DNA of 64,000 bases from an uncultured Acidobacteriota bacterium (GCA_963764715.1 CAVXTP010000017.1:65524-129523), one strand, 5' to 3'; numbered from the stretch's first letter, positions 26,482 to 36,048 are shown. The notes: generated by a model from the sequence alone, not told the origin. Translations and numbers: made by a program.

Positions 26482-28641
26482 TCAAAACGACAGACCGAAC
26501 GTCTTGACCATGAACACGGCCATCTGGCCGCGGGTGTTGTTGTTGCCCGGGCAGTAGTTGCCTCCCCCGCAGCCTCCGGTGATGTTCTCGGCCGCGAGGC
26601 GCTCGATCCAGTCCGCGAAGGTCGACGGGCAGGGAACGTCGCCGAAGACCCCCACGCAGGCCGGCGGCACGTAGCTCGATCCGTGCTCTCCCTTGAGGAG
26701 GAACACCGCCATCTGGTCGCGCCGCACCGGGTTCTGCGGGCAGAACTTCCCGCCGCCGCAGCCGCCGGTGATCCCTTCGGCGGACATGGCCTCGATCCAC
26801 GCCGCGAAACTGGACGGGCAGGGCACGTCGGAGAACGTGCCCGCACACGGCGGCGGCGTGTAGCACAGCCCGTGCTTGGCCTTCAGCAGGAAGACCGCTA
26901 TCTGCTGGCGCAGCGTCGGGTTGTCGACGCCATAAAGCCCGCCGCCGATGCCGACCGTGATCGCGTTCGAGACGAGGCCGGTGACGTAGAAGTAGAACTG
27001 GTTGCCGGAATCCACGTCGAGGAAGTTCGAGACCCAGCCCTTCACGAGGGTCCCCGACGTTCCATTGGTGTTCGTGACGACGAGGTCGTTGACGGAACCG
27101 GGCGTCAACGCCGGAGTCCCGCCGGTGATCTGGTTGAAGCCGTTGACCGAGATGTCCGTCGCCGGCTGGCCGCCGACCGTCACCGTCGCGCCGGCCTCGA
27201 AATCGGTGCCGGCGATCGTCATCCCGTTTCCGGCCGCGGCGGGGCCGGCGGCCGGCGTCACCGAGAAGGGCAGGCGCTGCGAGAACTCCGAGGTCCTTCC
27301 GCCGGGCGTCGTCGCCGTGACCGAGATCCGCGCGCCCGCCGCCGTCGCCACGGGCAGCGAGACGTCGAAGGACCCGACGCCCGCGCCGTCCGTCGTGACC
27401 TGGCTCGAGCCGAGATACGTCTCCCCTTCGAGGAACTCCCGCGGGAAGTTCGAGCACGCCGCGTTCGAGTAGAAGTCGAGGTCGAACACCGTGGACGGCG
27501 TCGAGTGCAGCAGGCCCTGAACGTGCGTCGGGTTGCCGGTCGTCACCGACTTCAGGACCGGAAAGTTCTGGATGCCGTCCGCCTCGGCCAGATCGTTCGG
27601 CGTTGCCCCGTCGTTGCCCACGTCGATCCCGAGGCCCGCGTTGTCGTGGATGGAGTTGCCGCGGATCGTCACGCCGTCCACGACGTTCACGAAGATTCCG
27701 TTCCCGGAGCTGTACGCGATGATGTTGCCCTGGCCGGTCCCGATCCCCCCGATGGTGACATCGTCGTTCATCACGGTGATCGCGCCCGGCCCCGTGCCGA
27801 GCGGCAGAGTTCCCGTCACGTCCGTGCCGAGCTTGTTGCCCTGGATCACGGTTCCGAGCCCCGCGCCGTCGATCAGGCTGAATTCGGCGGCGGCCATGAC
27901 GTTGTCGCGGATCGTGACGCTCGGCGACGCACCGGCGACGGCGGTGCCGGGACCGATGGCCGAGGTTCCCGCCGCGTCGGTTCCGAAGAGGTTGTTCCGC
28001 ACCAGCAGGCCGGGCTGCCCTTCACACTCGATGTGATAGATCGTCGCGGCGGCGAAGAGATTCCGATCGGCCGGGTTCGGGCCGCCGACGACCGTCCCGG
28101 ACCCCACCACGTCGACGACCGAGACGGCGGTCGGATCGGCCGTGTGCCCGTCCGGCGCGACACCGAAGAAGCAGCCCGTGATGTGGGTGTCCGTTCCGCC
28201 CAGGATGTCGATGGCCGGATGCCAGTCCTTCCGGAAGACGAGGCCCCGCACGGTCGCCGGGCCCGTCACCGTGAAACAGAGCTGGTTCGAGAGGTTGACC
28301 GCCGAGAGGACGATCTTCAGGACCGCGTTCGTGCCCTGCGCGAGCGTGTTGACCGAGGCCCCCGGCTGGGTGTAGCCGTCGATCGTGACGGGGTCGGTGA
28401 CGTTGACCAAAGGATTGAGCGGCGCGATCGTGCAGACGCCGCTGCCGTCGCAGCCCGAATCGGACCCCGGAATGTTGAACGCGATCGTGTCGGCGCCGGC
28501 GTTGTTGTCGGCGTCGATGATCGCCTGCCGGAACGAGCCCGCGCCCGAGTCGTTGGTGTTGGTCACCGTGAACGTCGCCGCCGAGAGATTCGAGATCAGG
28601 AGAACGCCCGAGGCGAGGCCGACGCCGAGTCGATGTCTCAT
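26482..28641 (-). CDS. secreted CSLREA-motif / parallel beta-helix / IPT-TIG protein with three C-terminal Cys-rich SLH-like repeats (paralog B)
   Basis: The ATG at 28641 lies inside ORF 26482..29040. It has the same architecture as paralog A (ATFTVTNTNDSGAGSFRQAIIDADNNAGADTIAFNI ... TRGQMAVFMVKTF). The C-terminal thirds are about 80% identical by eye. Confidence 0.85.
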   Translation of the reverse strand: MRHRLGVGLASGVLLISNLSAATFTVTNTNDSGAGSFRQAIIDADNNAGADTIAFNIPGSDSGCDGSGVCTIAPLNPLVNVTDPVTIDGYTQPGASVNTLAQGTNAVLKIVLSAVNLSNQLCFTVTGPATVRGLVFRKDWHPAIDILGGTDTHITGCFFGVAPDGHTADPTAVSVVDVVGSGTVVGGPNPADRNLFAAATIYHIECEGQPGLLVRNNLFGTDAAGTSAIGPGTAVAGASPSVTIRDNVMAAAEFSLIDGAGLGTVIQGNKLGTDVTGTLPLGTGPGAITVMNDDVTIGGIGTGQGNIIAYSSGNGIFVNVVDGVTIRGNSIHDNAGLGIDVGNDGATPNDLAEADGIQNFPVLKSVTTGNPTHVQGLLHSTPSTVFDLDFYSNAACSNFPREFLEGETYLGSSQVTTDGAGVGSFDVSLPVATAAGARISVTATTPGGRTSEFSQRLPFSVTPAAGPAAAGNGMTIAGTDFEAGATVTVGGQPATDISVNGFNQITGGTPALTPGSVNDLVVTNTNGTSGTLVKGWVSNFLDVDSGNQFYFYVTGLVSNAITVGIGGGLYGVDNPTLRQQIAVFLLKAKHGLCYTPPPCAGTFSDVPCPSSFAAWIEAMSAEGITGGCGGGKFCPQNPVRRDQMAVFLLKGEHGSSYVPPACVGVFGDVPCPSTFADWIERLAAENITGGCGGGNYCPGNNNTRGQMAVFMVKTFGLSF

Positions 28642-28701
28642 GGGACCTCCGTCGTGCGGGGATCGGCGGCAATCTAGGGGCCGGAGGCGGCTCCGGAAAT
28701 A

Positions 28702-28713
28702 GCATGGCCATGC
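28702..28713. promoter_or_regulatory. 12-bp perfect palindrome GCATGGCCATGC upstream of paralog B (possible operator)
   Basis: Read directly from the sequence, 61 nt upstream of the ATG at 28641. It lies in the 116-nt gap between the NarL-type regulator and paralog B. Confidence 0.3.
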
Positions 28714-28757
28714 GGTCCGGCCGCGAGCACGATCGGTGCGATTCCGGGGACGGGCGC

Positions 28758-29423
28758 CTACTCGATCAAGCCGCGCCGCAGCCCGCGGCTCACGGCCTCG
28801 GACTTCGAGTGCACGTGGAGCTTGTCGTAGACGCTCCGCACGTGGTCCCGGACCGTGTTGATCGACACGCCCAGCCGATCCGCGCAGGTCTGGTAGCTGT
28901 GCCCCTCCGCCAGCAGACGCAGGAGACTTCGCTCCTGGGCCGTCAGGGGCGACTCTCCCGGAGGCCGCGCCGGCGAACGCTGGAAGTGCTCGACCATCCG
29001 GCGGGCGATCTCGGGCGACAGCGGGGAGCCGCCGCTCCATGCCTGGCGCACCGCTTCCGCGATCTGCGCCGGGGGCGTCTTCTTGAGGAGGTACCCGCAG
29101 GCGCCGTTGCGGATCGACGCGAAGACCTGCTCCTCTTCCTCGTACACCGTCAGCATCAGGACCCGCGTTTCGGGGAAACGATCGCGGATGACCGCGACGC
29201 CCTCGACGCCGGACATGCCCGGGAGATGGATGTCGAGAAGGAGCACGTCGCAGGGAGCCGCGTCGAGCCTCGCGACGGCCTCTTCGACGGACGGAAAGGC
29301 GCCGACGCAGGCGAGCCCCGGCGAGCGGTCGAGGATCGCGCCGAGACCCTCGCGGATCAGGCGCTTGTCCTCGACGAGGGCCACGCGGATCCGGCTCGGA
29401 GGCGGCGTCGGCATCGAACGCAT
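28758..29423 (-). CDS. NarL/FixJ-family two-component response regulator
   Basis: It has a receiver domain (VALVEDKRLIREGL..., DVLLLDIHLPGMSG, KT in LLKKT). It also has a LuxR-type HTH (LTAQERSLLRLLAEGHSYQTCADRLGVSINTVRDHVRSVYDKLHV). Confidence 0.92.
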   Translation of the reverse strand: MRSMPTPPPSRIRVALVEDKRLIREGLGAILDRSPGLACVGAFPSVEEAVARLDAAPCDVLLLDIHLPGMSGVEGVAVIRDRFPETRVLMLTVYEEEEQVFASIRNGACGYLLKKTPPAQIAEAVRQAWSGGSPLSPEIARRMVEHFQRSPARPPGESPLTAQERSLLRLLAEGHSYQTCADRLGVSINTVRDHVRSVYDKLHVHSKSEAVSRGLRRGLIE

Positions 29424-29458
29424 CCTCCGGCGCTACGCGGCCGGCCGCAACCGCATCC

Positions 29459-32400
29459 TCATGCGGAGCGCGCCGCCCGGCCGCGCAGGGGCACCCGCAC
29501 GCGGATCCGCGTGCCTCCCGGCCTCCGGGAATCCGCCTCGAAGGTGCCGCCGAGGCCGAGGGCGCGCGCCTTCATGTTGGCGAGGCCGTGCCCCGCGCAC
29601 GCGCCGGCCGCGCCTTCCGCGAACCCGATCCCGTCGTCCTCGACCTCGATCGAAAGCGTCTGCGCCTCCGGCGCGATGCGGATCGAGGCCCGTCCCGCGC
29701 GGGAATGGCGGGCGACGTTCGTCAGGGCCTCCTTGAGCACCAGGTAGATCTGCCGCCGGGTCTCGGGCTCGAGCGCGCGCTTCTCGAAATCCGGCGCGAC
29801 CTCGAGGGTCCAGGCGATCCCCCGGCCCTCGAGGGCGTTCGCGGCGAAGTGCCGGATCCGCGCGAGCAGGCTCGCGGCGTCGTCCCGGCGCGGGTCCGTG
29901 GACCACACGATGTCGCTCATGGAGTCGACGAGCGCACGCGCCCGCTCGCCGATCTCCTGGAGCACCTTTCCGGGATCGCGGCCGGGCGATCCCCGCGGCA
30001 GCTCCGAGAGGATCGCGATCTCCGAGAGGCCGGCGCCGACGTCGTCGTGGAGGTCGGTGGCGACGCGCGTGCGGACCCGGTCGATCGCGAGCGCCCGCTT
30101 GAGGCGGCTGCGGTGGAGGGCGTAGGCCGCGGCGAGGGCCAGGAGAGCGAGGCCTCCGATCACCTCCGGCCGCTTCCAGAACGACGGGAGAACGCGGAAG
30201 CGGACCTCGGCCTCCCTCCCTCCCATCGATCCGTCGTTGGCGATGGCGCGCACGCGGAAGCGGTAGGCGCCCGACGGCAGCCTCGCGTAGACGACCGACG
30301 GCCGGGACGTCGGCGCGCTCCAGTCGCGGTCGAGGCCGTCGACCCGGTACTGGTAGCGCGGCCGGCCACCCGGCGCGAAATCGAGCGCGACGAAGTCGAT
30401 CTCGACGGAGGTCGGCTCGGTCGCGCGCGCCGACAGCTGCGCCGAGGTCACGCCGAGCTCGGCGAAGGGCTCGCGGACGCCGTTGACGAGCACGCGCGTG
30501 ACCCGCAGCGGCAGCGCCTTCCGAGGCGCGTCGGGGACCGGCTCGAGCCACGAGAGGCCCTCCGAGGAGCCGAACCAGAGACGTCCCCGGCGGTCCCGGA
30601 GGCAGGTCTCGATCACTCCGCGGGCGAGACCGTCGTCGCTCGTGAAGTGCTGGACGTTCCCGCTCGCCGGATCGACCCGGTCGAGGCCCCGCTCGGTCCC
30701 GGCGTAGATGCGCCCCTGCGGGTCCTCGGCCAGCGAATACGCGTTGTCGCTCGCCAGGCCCTGCGCCGAGGAGACGCGTTCGAAACGCACGGAAGCCTCG
30801 GCCGGCCGGTCGACCCGGGCGAGGCCGCCGCGGCTCGTCGCGATCCATAGCCGTCCCGCGCGGTCGACGTGGAGGGCGCGGACCGATCCCGGCGGCAGCC
30901 CTTCGCGCTCGCCGAACGCGGCGGACTTCCCGCCGTGCCGGCGGACGAGCCCGCCCCGAAGGAAGCCGATCCACACGCCCCCGCCCGGGTCTTCGGCGAA
31001 CGCCATCGGCAGCTCCGCCGGGATGCCGTCGGCCGCCGAAAGAGTCTCGATCCGGTCCGTCGAGCGTTCCCAGCGCGCGAGCGGCCGATCCGTGCCCGCG
31101 AGCCCCATCCAGAGGTCCCCCCGGCGGTCTTCGAAGAGACGGTAGACCTGGTCGGAGGGCAGCCCGTCGCGCTGCGTGTAGACCCGTCGCGGCGCGACCT
31201 GCCCGAGCCGCTCGAAGGGCACCGCGGGAAACCGGAAGAGCCCCGCGAAGGTCGGCACCCACCACTCGCCGGCGGAGTCCCGCAGCGTGAGTTGATTCCA
31301 TCCCCATCCGTAGGACGTACCCGCCGGAAGGCGCACGCGCTGCGTGTGAAAGCGCTCCCCGTCGAAGCACTCGAGGAAGCCGTCGTCGCCCCCGACGTCC
31401 TCGGGTCGCCGGCCACGGGTGAATGCGCAGGGCGCGCCGCCGACGCCCGCGAAGAGGGCGCTCACCCGGTCGCTCGAGAGCCCGTCGCGGGAGTCGAGCC
31501 GCCGGAAGCCGTTCCGGGCGAGCCGCATGACGCCCGCGTCGTCGCTTCCGATCCAGAGGTTCCCCTCGCCGTCTTCCGCGAGCGACCAGATCCCGAAGCC
31601 CGCCAGCCCCTGCGCCATCGTGTGGCTCCGGACCGACGCGCGATCGGCGGCGATCTCGGAGACGCCGCCGAAGCAGGCCGCCCAGATTTCTCCGTCGGAA
31701 GTTCTCTTCAGCGCCGTGACGTGGTTTCCGGCCAGGCCGTTCTCGCTCCCGAACGCGTGCCGGGCGACGAGCTCGCCCGATGCGGAGCGGCGGACCTCCG
31801 CGATTCCCTCGGCGAGCGTCCCGACCCACAGCGGGCCGTCGGGCTCGGCGAGCAGGGCGCGGACCGTTCGCGGCGGCCCGTTCGGACCGCCGACCCGAAC
31901 GGCCGTGCTCCCCGCCCGAAGCCGGAAGAGGCCGCCCTCGGTTCCGACGAAGAGATCTCCGCCGGGGCCCCGGGCGAGCGCGTTGACGATGCGGGCGTCC
32001 GCATTGCCCGGGGGTTCGAAACGGACGCGCTCCGCCGCCCAGCTCCGCCCCGAGGGCGACACACGATAGAGCCCGTCGCGCGTTCCCGCCCAGAGCACGC
32101 CGCCGTCCTCGAGCAGCGCCTCCACCTCGTCGCCGCCTCCCGCGCCGGCGGGATGGACCACGAGCATCGACGCCGGCGGCCCGGTCGGCTCCCGGGCCGG
32201 ATTCCAGCGCACGATCCCCCGGTTGGTCGCGGCCCAGTACGCACCGTCGCCCGCCTCCAGGAGGTCGCCCACCTCGGGACCGGGCAGTCCCTCGGGCACG
32301 CCGAGGCCGGTGAACCCGTAGCCGTCGAAGCGCGCGATCCCGTCGGACGTTCCGAGCCAGAGGTAGCCGTGCGAGTCGGGAAGGATCGCGTGGATCCGGT

Positions 32401-32521
32401 CGCTCGGGAGGCCGTCGGCCGTCGTGTAGAGCTTGAGGGGGAGCTGCTCGCCGAACGTGGTGCCGGCGACCGCCGCGATGGCGGCGAACGAGACGGCGCG
32501 GAGCGCGCGTCCGGGATTCAT
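29459..32521 (-). CDS. sensor histidine kinase with periplasmic beta-propeller repeats and Y_Y_Y domain (HisKA_3 type)
   Basis: It contains many 'two-component regulator propeller' units (GLPSDRIHAILPDSHGYLWLGTSDGIARFDG...) and a Y_Y_Y-like segment (RYQYRVDGLDRDWS...YRFRVRAI). One TM segment follows (VIGGLALLALAAAYAL). The kinase part has an H-box (VATDLHDDVGAGLSE) and an HATPase domain (EVEDDGIGF, GHGLANM). Confidence 0.9.
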   Translation of the reverse strand: MNPGRALRAVSFAAIAAVAGTTFGEQLPLKLYTTADGLPSDRIHAILPDSHGYLWLGTSDGIARFDGYGFTGLGVPEGLPGPEVGDLLEAGDGAYWAATNRGIVRWNPAREPTGPPASMLVVHPAGAGGGDEVEALLEDGGVLWAGTRDGLYRVSPSGRSWAAERVRFEPPGNADARIVNALARGPGGDLFVGTEGGLFRLRAGSTAVRVGGPNGPPRTVRALLAEPDGPLWVGTLAEGIAEVRRSASGELVARHAFGSENGLAGNHVTALKRTSDGEIWAACFGGVSEIAADRASVRSHTMAQGLAGFGIWSLAEDGEGNLWIGSDDAGVMRLARNGFRRLDSRDGLSSDRVSALFAGVGGAPCAFTRGRRPEDVGGDDGFLECFDGERFHTQRVRLPAGTSYGWGWNQLTLRDSAGEWWVPTFAGLFRFPAVPFERLGQVAPRRVYTQRDGLPSDQVYRLFEDRRGDLWMGLAGTDRPLARWERSTDRIETLSAADGIPAELPMAFAEDPGGGVWIGFLRGGLVRRHGGKSAAFGEREGLPPGSVRALHVDRAGRLWIATSRGGLARVDRPAEASVRFERVSSAQGLASDNAYSLAEDPQGRIYAGTERGLDRVDPASGNVQHFTSDDGLARGVIETCLRDRRGRLWFGSSEGLSWLEPVPDAPRKALPLRVTRVLVNGVREPFAELGVTSAQLSARATEPTSVEIDFVALDFAPGGRPRYQYRVDGLDRDWSAPTSRPSVVYARLPSGAYRFRVRAIANDGSMGGREAEVRFRVLPSFWKRPEVIGGLALLALAAAYALHRSRLKRALAIDRVRTRVATDLHDDVGAGLSEIAILSELPRGSPGRDPGKVLQEIGERARALVDSMSDIVWSTDPRRDDAASLLARIRHFAANALEGRGIAWTLEVAPDFEKRALEPETRRQIYLVLKEALTNVARHSRAGRASIRIAPEAQTLSIEVEDDGIGFAEGAAGACAGHGLANMKARALGLGGTFEADSRRPGGTRIRVRVPLRGRAARSA

Positions 32522-32564
32522 GACGTCGTGCGGGAAGTCTCCGCTTCGAACCCCCGGGACAGGC

Positions 32565-34379
32565 CTACCAGCCGACCGGCTTTCCCTTGTTCTGCTCGTC
32601 GAGCCACTTCTGGAGCGGGGCGAAGTAGTCGCGGATCGCGGTCGCGTCCATCTGCCGCTGGCCCGTCAGGGCCTCGAGCGCGTCGGGCCAGGGACGGGAC
32701 TGCCCCATCGCCAGCGTGTCGCGCAGGCGCTTGCCCGCCGCCGCGTTTCCGTAAATCGAGCAACGGTTGAGCGCTCCCGTGCAACCCGCGGTCTTCGTCA
32801 GCGCCCGGTGGAACTGGAACTGCAGGATGTCGGCGAGGAAGTAGCGCGTGTACGGAACGCCCGCGGGCACGTGGTACTTCGCGCCCGGGTCGAACGCGTC
32901 GGCCGGACGCGCGATCGGCGGCGCGACGCCCTGGTACTTCAAGCGCAGGTCCCAGAACGCCTTGTTGTAGTCGGCGGGCGGAATCTCCCCGGAGAAGACC
33001 TTCCAGCGCCACTGGTCGATCAGGAGGCCGAAGGGCAGGAAGGCCACTTTCTCGAGCGCCTTCTGGAGAAGCAGGCCGATGTCCCTGGACGCGTCGGGGG
33101 CCGAGGAGAGGAGGCCGAGCTTCACGAGGTACTCCGGCGTCACCGAGAGCGCGACCGTGTCGCCGATCGCTTCGTGAAAGCCGTCGTTGGCGCTGTCGCG
33201 GAAGAGCACGGGCTGCGTGTCGTAGGCCCGCTGGTAGTAGTTGTGGCCGAGCTCGTGATGCACGGTGACGAAATCCTCGGCCGTGATGTCGATGCACATC
33301 TTGATCCGGAGGTCGTCCACGTAGTCGATGTCCCAGGCGCTCGCGTGGCAGACGACCTCGCGGTCCTGCGGCTTCACGAACATCGAGCGCTCCCAGAAGG
33401 TCTTCGGGAGCGGGTCGAAGCCGAGGGAGCTGAAGAAGCCCTCGCCGTACCGGACCATCTGGCGCGCGTCGGTCTTCCGGGACTTGAGGATCTCGGTCAG
33501 GTCGTAGCCGGGATCGGCCCCCTTCGGCGCGACCAGCGGATAGACGTTGTCCCAGGTCTGGGCCCACATGTTGCCGAGCAGATGGGCCGGGATCGGTCCG
33601 GTCGCCGGCACGGCGTCGCCGTACTTTTCCCGCAGCTTCCACCGCACGTACGCGTGGAGCGAGACGTAGAGCGGACGCACCTGCTCCCAGAGCCGGTCGA
33701 GCTCGGCTGCGAACGCCTCCGGCGCCATGTCGTACTTCGAGCGCCACATCGCGCCCGTGTCCTTGTAGCCGAGCTCCCGCGCGCCCTTGTTGGCGAGCTC
33801 GACGTACCGCACGTAGTTCGGCTGGATGGGCGGCGCGATCGTGTGCCAGCCGGCCCAGACGTCGAGGAGCTGCTTCGCGTCCCGCGACGTGGCCATGATC
33901 TTCGTGATGTCCTCGAGGTCGAGGCACTTTCCCTCGGGCGGGCAGTACTTGCCCTTGCCGTACATGCCCTCCATCGCCGCCCCGAGCCGCGTCAGCTCCG
34001 CCGCCTCGGCCGGGTCCCCGGGTGCCGCGACCGTCAGCGCGAGCTTCAGAAGCTTCAGCTTGCGCGCCGTCTCGGCGTCGGCAGGGACGCCGTCGAACCG
34101 CGTCGCCTGCTTGGCATACCGGACCCCGGCCGAGATCGCCTTCTCGTTGGCCTGGGCCGCCAGAATCTCGGTGTCGTCCGTGATGTACGTCGACTTGACC
34201 CAGTCGGCGCGGCTCGAGTCGATCCAGAGCCTCAAGAGGTCCTTCTCGGCCGCCTCGACGAAGGCCTTCGCCTCGCCGGCGGTCGGCGCCGCCGCCGCGG
34301 TCTGGGCCGCAGCCTCAGCGGACACGAGTGCCCCCGCCAGTAACAAACCGGCCGCGAGGCCGGAAAGCGGTCTCCTCAT
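32565..34379 (-). CDS. peptidyl-dipeptidase A (M2 family; angiotensin-converting-enzyme homolog), secreted
   Basis: A 604-aa ORF with a signal peptide. The zinc site is HHELGH followed by HEAIGD (HExxH + E). End-to-end it resembles single-domain ACE. Confidence 0.88.
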   Translation of the reverse strand: MRRPLSGLAAGLLLAGALVSAEAAAQTAAAAPTAGEAKAFVEAAEKDLLRLWIDSSRADWVKSTYITDDTEILAAQANEKAISAGVRYAKQATRFDGVPADAETARKLKLLKLALTVAAPGDPAEAAELTRLGAAMEGMYGKGKYCPPEGKCLDLEDITKIMATSRDAKQLLDVWAGWHTIAPPIQPNYVRYVELANKGARELGYKDTGAMWRSKYDMAPEAFAAELDRLWEQVRPLYVSLHAYVRWKLREKYGDAVPATGPIPAHLLGNMWAQTWDNVYPLVAPKGADPGYDLTEILKSRKTDARQMVRYGEGFFSSLGFDPLPKTFWERSMFVKPQDREVVCHASAWDIDYVDDLRIKMCIDITAEDFVTVHHELGHNYYQRAYDTQPVLFRDSANDGFHEAIGDTVALSVTPEYLVKLGLLSSAPDASRDIGLLLQKALEKVAFLPFGLLIDQWRWKVFSGEIPPADYNKAFWDLRLKYQGVAPPIARPADAFDPGAKYHVPAGVPYTRYFLADILQFQFHRALTKTAGCTGALNRCSIYGNAAAGKRLRDTLAMGQSRPWPDALEALTGQRQMDATAIRDYFAPLQKWLDEQNKGKPVGW

Positions 34380-34491
34380 TCGATCCTCCAGCGTACGACT
34401 TCGTTTTCGACACCGGAGAAATCTACATCAGGCCCGCAGGGCGAAAGGGCCCTCCGCAAAGTGAGTCAAACGACCCTTGCGCGGCCCGCCC

Positions 34492-35997
34492 TCAGCCGAT
34501 CCGCACGAAGTCGATGAAGCCGCGCTCGACGTCCGTCGAGATGAGCTTGACGCGGAGGCGGTCGCCGACCTCGAGATCTTCCCAGCCGTGGACGAGCTTG
34601 CCCTCGACGGGCGGCTGGAAGATCCGGACCCAGGTCCCCTTCTCCGACGCGCCCGTGACGATGGCGTCGAAGGCCTGGCCGATCCGCGGCTCGAGGAGAA
34701 GCGCGGCCGCGGATTTGCGGACCTGCCGCTCGACCTTGTCGGCGTCGTCCTCCTGCTCCGTGCAGTGGGTCGCGAGGAAGCCGAGCTCGGCGACGTCGTA
34801 GGCCGGCGGCTCGCCCGCGAGCGCCGCCTTGACGAGGCGCTGCGTGATGAGGTCGGGGTACCGGCGGTTCGGCGCCGTCGAGTGCGTGTAGTCGCGGACC
34901 GCCAGGCCGAAGTGGCCGATCGCCGCCTGGCCGGGCCGCTCGACGACGTACTCGCCGGCGCCCATCAGCTTGATGATCACGAGAGAGAGATCCGGGAACC
35001 TCAGGGGATCGGCGCGGCGACGCTTCACGAGGAAGGCCTCGAGGGCCCGCGCGTCCGGCTCGGCGGGCAGGCGCTCCCCCGACTGGGCCGCGACCGACAC
35101 GATCTTCGACCACCGCTCGGGCGAGCGGACGACGCGGCGGAGCGACGCGATGCCGCGCGACGCGAGAAACCGGGCGGTCACGCCGTTGGCGGCGATCATG
35201 AAATCCTCGATGAGCTCGCGGGCCCGGTTCTTGGGCTGGACCGCGAGGTCCGTCACGGTGTCGTCGACGAAAACCGCGCGGGGCTCGATCGTTTCGAGGT
35301 CGAGCGCACCCTCCTCGTGGCGCCGCGTGCGGAGCGCCTGCGCCACCGCGTCCTGGGCGCGGAGCTGCTCGGCCGCCCCCGGGGTTCCGTCGACCTTCTC
35401 CGGCATCGCTCCGCCCTCGAGACCGACGGAGACGCTGTCGTAGGCGAGCTTGGCCCGGTTGTGGACGGCGGCGCGGTAGATGTCGGAGCGGACGAGGGTC
35501 CCGTCCTTCTCGAAATCCATCTCGGCGACGACGGCGAGCCGGTCTGCGGCCTCGTTCAGCGACGTCAGGTCGGTCGAGAGCTTCTCCGGCAGCATCGGAA
35601 AGATCTCCGCCGCCGTGTAGATCGAGGTCGTGTTCGTCCGCGCGTGCTCGTCGATCGACGAGCCCTTCGGAACGAGCGCGTCGACGTCGGCGATCGCGAC
35701 GAAGATCCGCGTGCGCCCGCCGGGGATGGCCTCGGACACGGACAGCTGGTCGAGGTCGCGCGAGTCGTCGTTGTCGATCGAGACCCAGAGCCGGTCGCGC
35801 AGGTCCCGGATGCCGGCGCCCGAGGCCGTCGCCGGGCCCCGGATCGCGGAGAGCTCCGCGAGAACGTCGCGCGAAAAGTCGGGGGCGAGCCCCCGGTCGA
35901 CCATCGCCTTTCGGGCGATCGCCTTCAGGTCCGCGCGGTCGTGCCGCCCGGTGCGCGCCTTGCGCCGATCGAGCCCGCTGCGCCGCTCGCGTTCCAC
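34492..35997 (-). CDS. RNB-domain exoribonuclease (RNase II/R family, short form) with C-terminal S1-like domain
   Basis: RNB motifs are present (SIDNDDSRDLDQ, HFGLAVRDYTHSTAPNRRYPDLI), along with a C-terminal S1-like segment (GQAFDAIVTGASEKGTWVRI). The start is uncertain: GTG at 35997, GTG at 36036, or the ATG (MVDRG) further in. Confidence 0.8.
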   Translation of the reverse strand: MERERRSGLDRRKARTGRHDRADLKAIARKAMVDRGLAPDFSRDVLAELSAIRGPATASGAGIRDLRDRLWVSIDNDDSRDLDQLSVSEAIPGGRTRIFVAIADVDALVPKGSSIDEHARTNTTSIYTAAEIFPMLPEKLSTDLTSLNEAADRLAVVAEMDFEKDGTLVRSDIYRAAVHNRAKLAYDSVSVGLEGGAMPEKVDGTPGAAEQLRAQDAVAQALRTRRHEEGALDLETIEPRAVFVDDTVTDLAVQPKNRARELIEDFMIAANGVTARFLASRGIASLRRVVRSPERWSKIVSVAAQSGERLPAEPDARALEAFLVKRRRADPLRFPDLSLVIIKLMGAGEYVVERPGQAAIGHFGLAVRDYTHSTAPNRRYPDLITQRLVKAALAGEPPAYDVAELGFLATHCTEQEDDADKVERQVRKSAAALLLEPRIGQAFDAIVTGASEKGTWVRIFQPPVEGKLVHGWEDLEVGDRLRVKLISTDVERGFIDFVRIG

Positions 35998-36048
35998 GCG
36001 GCGGAGTTTACGCGAGGGCGGCCGCGCCGCGGGCACTATGATTTCGGC

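Noticed and set aside
24263-28641. The two beta-helix paralogs as an assembly duplication artefact.
   Set aside because: The copies differ in length (730 vs 719 codons) and diverge strongly in the central region, with many substitutions and indels. They are joined by a unique 26-nt spacer carrying its own SD. This is a genuine tandem duplication, not a collapsed or duplicated contig end.
34380-34491. The relatively AT-richer spacer between the RNB ribonuclease stop and the ACE-like gene start as a regulatory RNA.
   Set aside because: It has only weak 5-bp stems (AGGGC/GCCCT) and no conserved-looking motif. It most likely just contains the promoter of the ACE-like gene.
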